Assembly: GCA_024137785.1 (NCBI GenBank)
Contig: JAHRHZ010000018.1
Coordinates: forward strand, 49,640,565-49,704,564
DNA length: 64,000 bases
From: Ginglymostoma cirratum
Lineage: Eukaryota
Reading direction: 5' to 3'
Positions 22,711 to 35,850 of the stretch are shown one piece after another. The notes below the pieces were generated by a model. The model was not told where the DNA came from. It ran no database searches and worked only from the letters and a program-made list of their open reading frames with translations. Position 1 is the first letter of the stretch; each line of letters starts with the position of its first letter. The translations under genes and the position numbers were made by a program.

Positions 22711-25256
22711 ATTCAGAGCCCCTAGGCTGTTCAAGTAGCTGGGAAGATTGACATAGTTGTGGCAAGCAGAAGGCCTTTGTCACTGGTCACTTAGTCCACT
22801 GACAAATCATCTACACATTGCCAGGCAAATCTCCATTTGTATATACTCTTTGGCTCCAGCTCACCTGGAACCAGGCTTTTGCTACGGCTTGAGCAAGCAG
22901 CTGTGTAAACAATACTTACAAAGAGTGTCAGGTTACTTGCTTTAATAAAGTGCTGCAATACTTTAACAAACCTTTCTAGAATAAAATGTTATTTTTTCAT
23001 TATAGTCAACAATCAAAAACACAAAAAAGGTCTTTATATCTGGATTTCTCTTTATAGTCAGGGTTTCTGCATGGAATTCAAATCCACACTATGTGGTACT
23101 ATCCTGATTAGCACTACTGACACCTCAATGGCCATCTCTGTCTGTATGAAGTTCAGAGGAAGGGTTGTTTGAGACAGTTCACTGCTACCAATTCCGTTTT
23201 GATAATAATCTGTTCAGAACAAGTCTAATGAACAATGATAGAGGATACACAATCACTGTGTTGTTACATTAGAGGCATTATTTTAGTGAACAAATGGTTT
23301 ATTGCTTGATAGGAAAATGTACAACTACAAATAACATAATTATTAGGATGTTTGAGAGCTGTACAGAATACATTCACTTCCCTCCAAGGCTTAGTGTAGA
23401 AATTATCCACAGACTGTGTGTGACATAAACAGAATGGGGGAGGTCAACGTAACATGAATATTAACTCCATCAGAATCATTACTTTGTACAGCAATGCCCT
23501 GAAAGTCTAAAGTCCTCATTTTAACCCTGCTGCCTTGATGGAAACACAGCAGCTGGGTAGTTAAAATAAGAATAATGCATTTAACAATGGAAGTGACTCA
23601 AGAAAACTAAATAATTCATTTATCTCTTCTGAATCTCTCAAGGAAATGTTGGATCTCTCCCAGTTAACCCTTTACCCTCTATCAATGCTTACTTCACTGT
23701 CCCCTGTCCAAGTCTCTGCTCTCCCCACTTAAGTACTCTTGTGAATGCCAAGGGCCATTATGTTCACAGCGATGACTACTTTGCCATACAAATGATTGCT
23801 GTTACGTGTTAAAATAATCTCTGAATTGCTTAGCATATGACTATAGAAACAAATTTTTCAAGCAAGATCTGAGATAAAAAGGATTGTCCTCCTCCCCATC
23901 ACATTGAATAATAATTGTGCCAAAGAGAGCAGTTAATACTATTGATTAATACTATTGATTACTATTGCTGTCAGAATATTTGATTGAGATTGGATTGAGC
24001 ATTATAGAAACAAGCAATGACGAGAACGGTCAAATGGTATGTGGAACACTGTCAATCATCAGTTACTGGAATCATGACAAAGAACATCAAGAATGTGTAT
24101 GTGTAATTTAGAGTGTAAATTCAGACAGGTTTGCAAGAATTTTGCTTCATTTACTTTTCTGGCATAGGTTAGTCGTTTGGAAGTTTCTTAAGTAAATTAA
24201 ATGCTTTGGCCTAGAATTTATCTGGGCCTGTTTTCAGATTGAGACTCAGAGCTGTTCAATGAACATGCTCCTAAATCTAATGCTCTGGAATCATTGGTAT
24301 TAAAATTATGAAGTTTATAAGACCAATGTGTTTTTAAATCTCAGCTAAATGAAGGGTGTCATGAGACTTGTTCTAAAGTCTGCCTGATAATTAACCTGTT
24401 TGGTTTGATTGTTAGAACTCAAAGGAAAGCTTATATTACCTTACTGGATAGAAGATGCATTATATTTATGCTTGGAGACAATGGTCACAGACTCTGAGTT
24501 CGCAATATGTAGACTCCAAGTCTTTCAAAGTCACAAAAATGTGTTGGGGTATCGGATTGTAAACAACTATACTGTAAAATGATCATTTACATCATAAATG
24601 AAAGAGATTTATGGTCAAGAGTAACTAATCAGCAGTCCTTCCTAGATGAAAGATTAATGTGTTTCACATTACCGTGGAGAAGAGGGCAGAAGAAGCCATC
24701 AGGTTACAGGCTTCCCTACAAATCAATGACTACGTCAGACAGACAGCAGTTGTGGGTTTTCAGTAGGGAGGAAAGGTTCCTTGGCTTTGTGAGCTACCAC
24801 AGTTAGATGCAAAAGGCAGATAGTATCTATTCAAACAGATGAATCCTGTTGTTAGCTGCAGATTTCAGATTTGTTCTGGCATGGCTAGGGGAAAGAGATT
24901 ATTTGAACAGGTTTTACAGCTGGTGGTGGAATTAGGAACATTCTGATAACTGAGGCAAATACATAGAGCCAGTGGCTTAAAGTTACCGCACATTGAAATG
25001 GTGACATGGTAACCCATTTCAAGTTTGGAGGAATTGTGCACTACTTGTTAAAAAGGTTGTAATGCAGTGGACAGTGTTATGGGTGATAATTATAAGGTGG
25101 GTACGTAGCCTTGTATGTAGCCTTCTGTAATTTAGGATAAAATTTCCCTAAACAAAGTAAAAAATGCTCAGGCAATAGTGAATTTAGCCATTTGTTACAG
25201 CAAAAGTTTTAAAATGTGAAATCTTGATAAGGCATTCTTTCAGCTAATAAATATAG

Positions 25257-25345
25257 TGGGATATGGGCCAGGAGCCAGCAGGGGGAGCTAGTTTAGTTTG
25301 GGATTATGTTTGGCATGGACTAGTTGGACTGAAGTGTCTGTCTCC
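25257..25345 (+). mobile_element. HER1 3' tail fragment
   Basis: GGGATATGGGCC...GGCATGGACTAGTTGGACTGAAG...CTGTATGACTCTATG. Confidence 0.75.
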
Positions 25346-25949
25346 ATGCTGTATGACTCTATGGGTTTCTTTTTAGAAGTTGTTCATCTCTATGGAGATT
25401 GTAAGAATGTAAATTAGAAACCATTCTTCACCATTCTTGCTGGGAAATTAATGCCTCTACAGACAGCTCACCCAAGTAGAAATAGCAATGTTGCATTGCC
25501 CAGCTTGCTGTCAACATTCTTGGGCAAAGAGTTTGGAGCAGGCTACGAGAAGGGTGTTCCTATGTCATTGGATGAGAATTCTGTCAGCTCTCTTCTCCAC
25601 AGGTAGGGCTTTAAAACAATCTTTATAAAAAACAAAACTTACTTTGCTTTGGTTCACAGTAAATTGCAGAACTTTTAGGATTTGTAAATCCAGCTTCGTT
25701 CATTTCCAGGTAATGGCAGATAGGCCCTTTAGCAGGTGTATGTTTAAATGACCTAAAGTCTGCTTTAGGCAATTGTCTCAGACATCCAACAATAGGGGCT
25801 TGGCATTTTGCAGTGACATCCACCCTTGTTCATTCATGCCACTGTTAAATTAGTAGGAAATGCACCCATGGTCCAAATGAAAAACAGGCAAAACTCAACA
25901 TTTATTTCTACCCCTTTGAGTTGAATCCACAACGGAGCAGGCTTTAGGG

Positions 25950-27525
25950 ACTTCTCCGAAGTGTTCAGCATCATAGGTGCCAGTCTTTAGCCAATTCGAT
26001 TTACTACATATTATGTGAAGAAACAGTTGACGGCATCGGATACTGTAAAGGATATGGGCCTTGATAACATTCCAGCAATAGTACCAAAAACTTATGCTCC
26101 AGAACTTGCCACATCCTCGCCAATACATTCCGTTACAATTACAACACTAACATCTGTCTGACCTTGTGGAAAATTGCCAAGATATGCCTTGCATACAATA
26201 AGCAGGACAATCCAACCCATTGCTGCCCCATCAGCCTTCTCTTAATCATCAGTAAAGTGTTGGATGGTGTCTTCAACAGTGCAATCAAGTGGCACTTGCT
26301 CAGCAATAAGCTGTTCACTAATGCCCAGTTTGAGTTCTGCCATGTCTACTGTGACCTCATTAAAAATTTGGTTCGAGCATAAGTAAAAGAGCTAAATTCC
26401 AGAGGTGAGGTGAGAGTGACTACTGCATTTGACTGAGTTTGGCATGAATGAGAACCACAGGGATAACTTCCTGGTGGTTGGAGTCAAGCCTGGCATGTAG
26501 GTAGATGATTCTGGTTATTGGAGGTCAGTGAATTTAGCTCTAGGATATCCCCGCAGGAGTTCCTCAGGGTTACGTCCTAGGCCCAACCATCTTCAGCTGC
26601 TTCATCAATGGTCTTCTTTCCCTCATAATATGAGAACTGGGAATGTTTGCCAATGGTTGCACAATGTTCAGCCCCATTTGTGATTCTTCAGATATTCAAG
26701 CAGTCCACATATAAAGGAAACAAGACCTGGACAATATCCAGGCTTGGGCTGAAAAGTAGGAAGTAACATTTGTGCCACACAAATGCCAGGCAATGACCAT
26801 CGCCAATAAGAGACAATCTAACCATTGTTTCTTGACATTCAATGGTATTGCCATCATTGAATCCCCCACTATCAACATTCTGGGGATTACCACTGACCAG
26901 AAACTGAACTGGACTCACAGTATGAATACAGTGAATTTAAGTGCAGGTCAGAGGCTAGGAATCCTGCAGTGACTCACTTATCTCCTGACTCCACAAAGCC
27001 CATCCAGCTTTGCCCACAAAGCTCAAGTGAGAAGTGAGTGGAATACTCCCCTCTTGCCTGGATGAGTGCACATCCAACAAGAAACTTGACACCATCCTGG
27101 ACAAAGCAGAATGTTTGATTGTCATCGTATCTACAAACTTTCACTCCCTCCAAAACCGACACTGAGCAGCAGCACTATTTACAAGATGTGCTGCAGAAAT
27201 TCACCAAAGATCCCGAGACAGCATCTTCCAAAATCACAACCACCACCATCTAAAAGGGCAAGGGTGACAGATACATTAGAACACCACCTCCTGCAAGTTC
27301 TCGCTCAAGTCACTCACCATCCAGACTTGAAATTATTTTGTCATTCCTTTGGTGTTGCTGGGTCAAAATCCTGGAATTCCCTCCTTGATGTCATTGTAGG
27401 TCTATCTATAGCCATGAACTACAATAGTTCAAGAAGGCAACTCATCAATACTTTTTCAAAGTCACTAGGGATGGGCAATAACTGTTGGCCAACCAGCAAT
27501 GTCAACACCACACAAATGAATTTAA
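25950..27525 (+). mobile_element. CR1-group LINE family B, RT and 3' UTR, degraded
   Basis: WKIA...HCCPISLLLIISKVLDG, AGVPQGYVLGPTIFSCFIN, GMFANGCTMF (decayed FADD), NILGITTDQKLNWT; tail CTAGGGATGGGCAATAAC. Confidence 0.9.
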
Positions 27526-30500
27526 AAGGCGTCTGATAGATGAAAGGGCCTGGTGTTATTCCATTGTTGCATCCTTTCTTATCTTTCTGCAGCAAACATA
27601 ATGTCCTTCTCTTCTCCACAGGCACCAGACATCCTTGTCATACCCAGGTGGCCATTCTTCACCTGCGAGCTTAGACAGAGTCCCAGTAGATTTTCAGGAA
27701 ATCAGGCAATGACAATACCCTATTAAAGTTATGATCTTTACTGCATTGACTGGAGTCACACAGAGAAGATACAATAAACTGACCAAATTTATCTTTCAAA
27801 TATCGAAACTTTTTTCAAATTATTCCATAGCTGCAGTTTAATTTCTCTCAAATCAATCAACCCAAATAATCAGTTTCTTCTAAAATTGAGAAGTAGTAAA
27901 AAAAAATAAAAATGTGTAATCTACATTTGTTTATACGAAAACATTCCTCTGATTAACTGGCAGACAAAATTTTCAATTATTGAAATGTTATTGAATGTAT
28001 AATATGATAAACAACACAGATATTGATATTATATCTCTTCAGTGTTACTGATTTCAACAAAACTCCACATGGGTATGTATGTGGCTTTGACTGTAAAATA
28101 ACAAAATCATTAAAATTAAGGAGTCAGATATTCACTAAGAAGAAACATCAGTTGCTATTAGGCGATACAGTAGTACAAGCCGAACTGGCTTTAACCTTTT
28201 CATCCAGGCTTCTCATCCAGAATACATTAAAAAAAAGTGTTGTGGAAAGCAGATCTTTAAAAACTAAGTACACAAGAAACAAATATCCATTGGAGACTTG
28301 AATTTGATTGGTTGATGATTGTCCTTTAACCAGATCTATCCTCGTTTTGAATGAAGTTCTCTCTTCATACTCTCAGAGTGTCCGAACGAGCCATTCAGCT
28401 ATAATCGTCTGAAGAGGCAAAATTATTTGTTTCAAACCAATTAATAAAAATCCATATCATAATGTTAAAATATGTTTGCTTATATCAATGACAGATGTTG
28501 AAACTTTTGCATAGAAGTTGTTTGATAGAATTGTCTTTCCAGATTCTCCTGATTCATCAGGAATCTCTGTACAGCAGAGGGCAGTAAAACACCACCTTTA
28601 AAGAGTCATAACTAAACAATGATAACAGTTTTAGGAATCACTCGTAACAGCTTTACCTAGCTGACTCTTACATTTCCGTCATTCCATTTTATCATGCCAA
28701 GGTAAACAATCTATTCTTCTTTAGAATTTAAAATAAGGTAGAATTTGTAGAAATGTAAAATCTTCTTTTGAGCAAAAAATTAAAATGCCTTAAACTATGT
28801 TATTATATTGATTTAAAAATACATACCACTGATTGTAACAAATTAGGGCACCTCCTGCATAATGATAGATATCAGCAAATATTTCACTTTCTCCTGCATC
28901 AATATGTGTACTTCAGACCTTTTCTTAGGCCATTTGTAATTGCAAAGGGATTGGAAGAATTTCCCAGATTCATAGAAATAAGGTGATATCATGATGTTTG
29001 TAAGCTTGAACATTCTGATGCATGCTTTCATGTTATTTTACATTGGGTTCTTTAACAGGGTACGTTTCTATACTTGGTCTTTTGCAACTGCATCATGTTG
29101 ATTCTGAGAAATTTAAGATCAGCACTATGGATCTGGTCTCTCTAATGGACATCTGTAATACAATATTTTATCTTCTGATATTAATATGCCAAAGAATGCT
29201 ACCTTTAATCCCTTTGTTCACTGTCACATTACTGTATTTAAATAATGGTATACAGTTTGTATCCAGTACCCAAAAAAATCACTTGCATTACTGTGCTGTC
29301 AGTTTTATAATGGCATGCACCTTCAGGATTTAGATTGCTAATAGCTTTCTTATTCTTTCATCTATTTCACAATGTCCCTACTGTGCACAATGTGCATGCC
29401 TTCATAATAACACACTTGTTTTGTTTTAAAGATCAGCATGAACATGCATTCCAATAAACATAGAAATCTGCAACTTGTATGTATGGGAGTTGCATTACAT
29501 TTAACCCACTAATTTCAATTAAGTGAGACTCATTGATATTCAACCAGGGAAGTTGTTTTTTGCAAGTTGGGAAACTGACAGGAAGGAATCATTCATCAAG
29601 CATCCATTCCTGTGGCAGAGAGTCTTTTACTTTGATTTTGAACTTTCTAAGTGAACGTGCCAGCTAATAGTGGGTAAGGTGAATGGGGAAGGGAGGTACT
29701 CGATGAGATAAATGGGTCACTGATACCTTAGACAGATTCAGATCGTTTTGTGGAGACATTGCCTATTCTGTTCATTATGCAGAGTGCTGTTGCACTTCAT
29801 CGACATTAATCGATTAAGGCTGCGATCAATATTTGAAGATGGATACTATAGATTTTGAACAGTTTGTCAATTAATGTAAGATCCAGCTCTGATTTCACAC
29901 ATCTTTGAGCTTTACTTAATTGTCTATGGAGTTTGTGTTCTCGTTGCCTTTAATCAACCTTTCAATTTTTTGTGAATGTATATGAGAATAAAAGCAAAGA
30001 GAATGAATTGGAACAGAAAGACTACACAAAATAAAAAACAAAGAAATAAAATATCAGAGGCAATGGAATTGTTTTGTACTTTTAATTGATGAGGGACTGT
30101 TGGGTAAAAGTCATTTATTAAAACAAGTCCTTCATCATACCTTGTGCTTTTGGAACCTTCCAATGATTTTCCCACCAAGTACCTGGTGGTTTCATTTGTG
30201 TAGACCTATCAGTCAACCAGTGCCACAAATGGTGTGAATTCCCTGTCCCTCTCCCACTGTTGAAGACAGGATAATTCGGACCCAGGACTATTGGAGTAGC
30301 TAGACAATGGAAGTCAAGTCCATCTGGTTCTACCTTTTTGCAGACTGGCCATTGCATGATACAGCAGTCATAGAGTTGTCTGACTTTGGCAGCCATTCTA
30401 AGATTCATAGAGATGCGGGAATTGTCAGGCTTCAATTTATGTGGAACTGCAGAGCCTCTATGCTTTATCAAAAATGGTCCCGGGACTCTGGATCCAGCAG

Positions 30501-30761
30501 ACCTGCACCATTTCCAGCAGATCCCATTTTTGCAGTAGGGGAAAGAGGGTGAGATTTAATCCACACAGGTTTGAAGAACAAATCGAGAAGGGCTGTTGCA
30601 TTCGGTGCTGAGTTTAAACAACCCATTTTAACCGGAGAGAGGTTCATTTCCCACGTTGCGTGACTTATGGCTATTAAGAGTGGATGTGAATGCCTAAAGG
30701 AAGTAGATAAGGATTTTAGTAATACCAAGCTTTTTTAAAAAAATCTTTATTTGCTCATGGG

Positions 30762-30907
30762 AGATATAAGATATAGGAGCAGAAGTAGGCCATTCAGTCC
30801 ATCAAGTCTGCTGCGTCATTCACTGAGGTCATGACTGATCTGGTAATCCTCAACTCCACTTTCCTGTATTTTCCCCATGGCCCTTGATTCCCATACTGAT
30901 TATAAAA
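30762..30907 (-). mobile_element. CR1/HER1-like 3' tail fragment
   Basis: ATAAGATATAGGAGCAGAAGTAGGCCATTCAG...CCCTTGATTCCC, homologous to ~61660-61780. Confidence 0.75.
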
Positions 30908-31059
30908 GAGTATGAGGGACCACACAGGAGGTACAGGCTATAAAATGGTATGGGTTGATATGAATGGGCATACGGTATGACTATGGTGTGAGCGATGAAA
31001 ACTGAAATGACGCTTTATGTTACATTCCTTTCAAAAATATTGCCTCACTCCTCCTTCGT

Positions 31060-31369
31060 GGGCGGCACGGTGGCTTAGTGGTTAGCACTGCAGCCTCACA
31101 GCGCCAGGGACCTGGGTTTGATTCCAGCCCCAGGTGACTGTCTGTGCGGAGTTTGCACATTCTCCCTGTGTCTGCATGGGTTTCCTCTGGGTGCTCCGGT
31201 TTCCTCCCACAGTCTAAAGATGTGCAGGCTAGGTGGATTGGCCATGCTAAATTGCCCATAGTGTTCAGGGGTGTGTGGGTTATAGGGGGATGTGTCTGGG
31301 TGTGATGCTCCAAGGGTTGGTGTGGACTTGTTGGGCCGAAGGACCTGTTTCCACACTGTAGGGATTCTA
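31060..31369 (+). mobile_element. HE1-type SINE (young)
   Basis: GGGCGGCACGGTGGCTTAGTGGTTAGCACTGCAGCCTCACAGCGCCAGGGACCTGGGTTTGATTCC...TGTAGGGATTCT. Confidence 0.93.
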
Positions 31370-31697
31370 AAATGACATCCTCCTTTGAGGGTACCTTGAG
31401 AGTCACATGGTCCAGATTCTAATATAGCCTACTGCCTGCAGAATGAAAATCTTGAAGTCCAGGCAATCACTTTTAGAAGTTGTGTTTGCAGACCGGGGAT
31501 TTCTACAGTGTGAAAATCCGACGGTGGTCTGATCAAAACTGGTTTATTCATAATGAAGCCCTGCAACATTTTGGGCATGAAATTTTCCCGTGAAGTGGAG
31601 TAGTGCGAGGAATCTCATATGGGTTTCCTACAGACAAGCTGTGTAGCTGGCCTTGAGCTGCACAGCCTTTGTGGCAATGCTGCAAGGAAATGGGCAC

Positions 31698-31962
31698 ATG
31701 AAAGATTTAAAAGGGACCTAAGGGGCAACTTTTTCACACAAAAGGTGGTGCATGTATGGAATGAGCTGCCAGAGGAAGTGGTGGAGGTTGGTAGAATTAC
31801 AACATTTAAAAGGCAGGTGGATAGGTACATGAATAGGAAGAGTTTAGAGGGAAATGGGCCAAATGCAGGCAAATGGGACTAGATTAATTTAGGATACCTG
31901 GTCGGGCATGGACGAGTTGGACCAAAGGGGCTGTTTCAATGCTGTACATCTCTATGACTCGA
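31698..31962 (+). mobile_element. HER1 LINE 3' end
   Basis: ERFKRDLRGNFFTQKVVHVWNELPEEVVE peptide and tail; highly similar to ~44163-44420. Confidence 0.9.
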
Positions 31963-33795
31963 TGTAGGCAGGATATGCCCTGAATGAGCCGGAAATCACT
32001 GGCATTGAGCTGTTATGTTGTCAGCGGCTGACATGATGCCAGCATCTTAAATTGGAACAGTGCAGGTCCTGTCCTGGCAATTCTTGAAGAATTGTGGGAA
32101 GCAGTAAGGTGTATCCTGTAGTAATACTATTTAAAGAATGTGGGGTACAGTTGAGGCAAATTTGTGGGAATATTTCTATTGGAAAGCTCCTGGAAATATT
32201 TTGATGTATTTCTTGATACTGGCTCAGTGGATGCCTACAGGGTATTTCCCATTGTCACAGGGCAGACTGAGCTGTCCTTGTGAAGCCTACTACAGGTATT
32301 GGGCAGCAAAGACTGTGCCTCTGGGTCTGCAGCATGGCAAACAAATGAAGCAGAGATTGTGGACTGGAGAAGCTTTGTGCCACCCCTTTTGACACATTGG
32401 AGCGGACCCTTCCATGTTCCTTGACAGTATCTAGCAGGCAAGCAAATGCCTCCATCATCTTAGTGCACATACCTTTTTACCATTTCATATATGCCACCCA
32501 TTGAGGTGCTCATCTGAGTCCTCTGTAAAAGCACTTCTCTGCTACCTCAGCTTCGGTGAGACAGCAAAAGGAACTGCCATTCTCTTCCCCGATCTGGTTG
32601 TACCAATTTTTACCCAGTGACTGACCACATGCTGATCCCAACTCCACATCACCTTCCAAGGTGAGTGCAATGCCAGTGTTTGAGCTGGAACACTGAGTGT
32701 CAGATCATGGAAAAGGGCATCCTCATCAGTGCTGTGCTGTTGCTCTTCCTGGGGCAGTTATGTCTCAGTGTGCTGAAGTTCTTAGCAGTGTGAAAGCAGG
32801 AACTCTCAAGGGTTCAGTGGGGCTCAGTGGAAGTCAGGAGGCCCACAGGCACACATCAGCAACTTTGTCCCCATGTCAGCTAGCAGGTTGAGGATAAGTC
32901 GGAAAAGGGTCATAAGGCGGGAGCATTATCCTGAGTTTTCTCAGTATCACTGGATGATAGAGGCCCATCATAGCCATCACCATGATATAGAGAATTATAT
33001 TTTCTGGTCCATGAGATGCAGACATCCTTTTTCTGTTGGGGTTCTTCTCTGCCCTCTTCCATTGTGTGTACCTGGTTCTGCAAAAAATGTGGAAGAAGTG
33101 TCAGTGGTTGTGTAGTACTGTGTTCGGATGATTCGTCAGTCATTGTTAAATAGCTGGAGCTATGCATAGGCAGTGAGTATTTCCTGCTCCCTTACATGAC
33201 CATATTCTTCTGTGCCTCTGGACAACTGATGCCTCCTGTATCACATTCATCACTACGGATCCTTCTGTCTTCTTTCCAAGAATGTACATCAGTGTAATCA
33301 TTGTCACATAGCTTACCTTTAAGAGGTAGCCTTCCTTTTAAGAGGAGAAGGTTATCTATACCTCCTGATTGGTAGGCAATGCTGCTGGAACCTCCTGATG
33401 TTTGTAAAGATTGCTGGCAGCACTAAGACACAGAAATCACTGCTGGAGATGTGCCAACTAACATCACCATCATTCAAATGTTTTGGATATACTGGTTTTG
33501 TGTGTTTACCACCTCAATATGAACATGCTAAAGGCACGTTGAGAACTGTAATCCCAAAATCCCGAAAATCAGGGCAAATGAATTTGAGCCTACTTACTCT
33601 AAAGCACTGGGGGGATGCATAGTTACTGTCACAACGAGATAGAATTTGACCATCAAGAATTTGATCAGCAAACAGCGTATTGAGAGTTCCCAACATGTGA
33701 AACAAGCAGACCGTTCAGCTGGTCAGCTGTAGTATCCTTACAGAATGGCATCCGCAAGAGGGTCGGCACGAGCAAGGTAATAAACACACCTTAGG

Positions 33796-34075
33796 ACCAG
33801 TTCTGGTAGCACCTGTGGGGAGAAAGAAGAGTTAACATTTTGGGTCCAGAGACCCTTCTTCAGAACTGATTGGAGCTATGAAAAGGTTGGAATATATGCT
33901 GAAGTTGAGATGGGGGTGTGGGGGAAAGAATAAACAGTAGGTGGAGATGGAGTTCATAGAGAGAGGAAATGGGTCGGGCAGATAAAGGAATGAGTAAAGG
34001 TCAACCTAGGAGAATGAACAGCTGCTGATGGGGATCATTAGTTGCTGACAATGGGTTGTTTGTAGTAGTGGCCCA
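33796..34075 (-). mobile_element. PLE 3' terminal region with a degenerate HHR
   Basis: Minus strand CUGAAGA-AGGGUC-UCUG-GACCC-AAAAU-GUU (33834-33863) preceded by the pyrimidine-rich PLE terminal region. Confidence 0.7.
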
Positions 34076-35459
34076 CAAGATCTTGTGTGTGGGCATAATG
34101 GCATTGTCACAGGACTAGTAATCCAGAGACCCAGATACAGTTGTGAGGGCTCAGATTCATATCTCACCATGGCATATCGTGGAATTGGCACTCAGTGAAT
34201 ACCTGGAATTAAAAGTCTAATGATGACCATGTAATCATTATCCATTAATATTATCTGGTTCGCTAATCTCCTTTAAGGAAGGAAAGCTGTTGGCCTTACC
34301 CAGTCTGGCCTACATGTGACTGTAGACCCACATAAATGTGGTTGGCTCATAATTGACCTCTGAAATGGTGTAACAATTTGTATCAGTTCTATCAGCAATG
34401 ACTAAGGCACAGGACATGGCAACAACAAACATAGCTCTATTGCTCCTGCAAAGTATAACGTTTGAGGGTTAAGTATCAAAACTGGGAAATCTGTCTCATA
34501 AATTGCTCAAGCAACAACCTGACATAATTATACTCATGCCTCACAGACAATGTCCCAGATGCCATCATCACCATCCCTTGTATGTCCTGTTACTGAACTC
34601 CAAGCTGCACATGCAGCAAGTATTAGTCGGAGCTAAGCAATTCCACAGGCTGCAGTTCCAAAGTAAGCTCTGCATTCCTCCCACATTCAATTGTGAATGG
34701 TGGTAGACAACCAAACAATCCACAAATATCATCAATGGGGGAGCCCAGCACATCAGCGCAAAAGATGAGGCTGAAGCAATCACAGCAATCTTCAGCCAGA
34801 AGTGCCCATTCCAGTGGATAATTCACTAGAAGTTCCCAGCCAGTTTTCAGCCAATTCAATTCACTCCACATGATATGAAGAAAAGGCTGGAGGCACTGGA
34901 TACTGCAAAGGCTATGGGCTCTGACAGCAATTTGGCAAAAATACTAAAGACGTGCGCTTCAAAAATGCAATGTCCCTAACTAACCTGCTCCACAGTAATA
35001 ACACTTACATCTACCAGACCGTGTGGAGAATTGCCCAGGCATGCCCTGTACACAAAATCAGGATGAATCCATCCTGTCAATTACTGTCCCATCACTCTAC
35101 TCTTAATCATCAGTGAAGTGATGAAAGATGTCATCACTAAGTGCTATCAAGCTGCACTTGCTTAGCAATAACTTTCACACTGGCACTCAGCTTAGGTCTT
35201 GCCAAAGTCACTCAGCGCCTGACCGCATTACAGCCCTGTTCCAAATATTGTCATAAGTGCTGAATTCCAGGTGAGGTGAGTCGGGACATCAAGGCCCAAT
35301 TTGACTGACCACTAAGGGAGCCTACCAAAACTAGAGTAAATGGAAATCGGGCAGAAAACTCTTCACTGATTGGAGTCATATCTGGCATAAAGGAAGATGG
35401 TTATGCTTTTGAAATTAAGACATCTCAGCTCCAGGACATCTCTGCTTGAATTACTCAGG

Positions 35460-35576
35460 GGAGATATTTCAAAACAATGTCTCCAGCAATGTTATGACAC
35501 ACCTGTGATCCAGGTAGGACTTGAACGCAGGTCTTCTCAGAGATAGAGACATTAACACGATGACACTGAAAGCCCC
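35460..35576 (-). mobile_element. Short tRNA-derived SINE relic
   Basis: Minus strand GGGCTTTCAGTGTC...GCGTTCAAGTCCTACCTG..ACAGGTGTGTCATAACAT, with a B-box-like GTTCAAGTCC; interrupts the LINE B RT. Confidence 0.5.
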
Positions 35577-35850
35577 AGTTCCTCCAGGTATGTCCATGGC
35601 CCAACCATCTTCAGCTACTTTATTAACAACCTTCCCGTCAGCATAAAGTGTGGGTGTACATCAATTGCAAAATATTCAATACTATCATGACTCATCAAAA
35701 AAATCAAGCAGTCCATGGCCAAAGCAGCAAGCCTTGGACAATTTCTATATCGGGCTAACAAGTGACAAGTAACATTCGCAGCCCACAAATTCCAGGCAAT
35801 GACAAGCTCCATCTTGACATTCAATGCATTCAAACTTTGGAAAAGATTTG

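Larger units (their letters stand above)
15785..23530 (-). mobile_element. Ancient Ty3/Gypsy-like LTR element (gag and protease relics) with nested LINE, SINE and PLE insertions
   Basis: Diverged direct repeats ~15795-16410 and ~22920-23500. Minus-strand polypurine tract GGGAGAAGGGGAGTGGTGAA (16455-16474) is followed by TGTAAT (LTR start at 16454). The 5' LTR ends ...TGTTACA at 21796. gag and protease motifs lie between. Confidence 0.7.

Noticed and set aside
23935-23967. Short tandem repeats (TAATACTATTGAT; also CAGAAG x3 near 52254)
   Set aside because: Ordinary slippage duplications. No repeat-spacer periodicity, so there is no CRISPR-like array in the window.
24050-25200. Possible solo LTRs (also 49067-49850, 6500-7700, 10917-13960)
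   Set aside because: LTR-like composition and some TG..CA-like ends, but no TSD or partner could be verified by eye.
28330-28440. Minus-strand terminal exon candidate (TTTTGCCTCTTCAG|TIIAEWLVRTL*)
   Set aside because: No partner exons or recognisable protein.
32000-33500. Possible further Harbinger internal region
   Set aside because: Composition is suggestive, but no TIR pair or clear domain motif was found.
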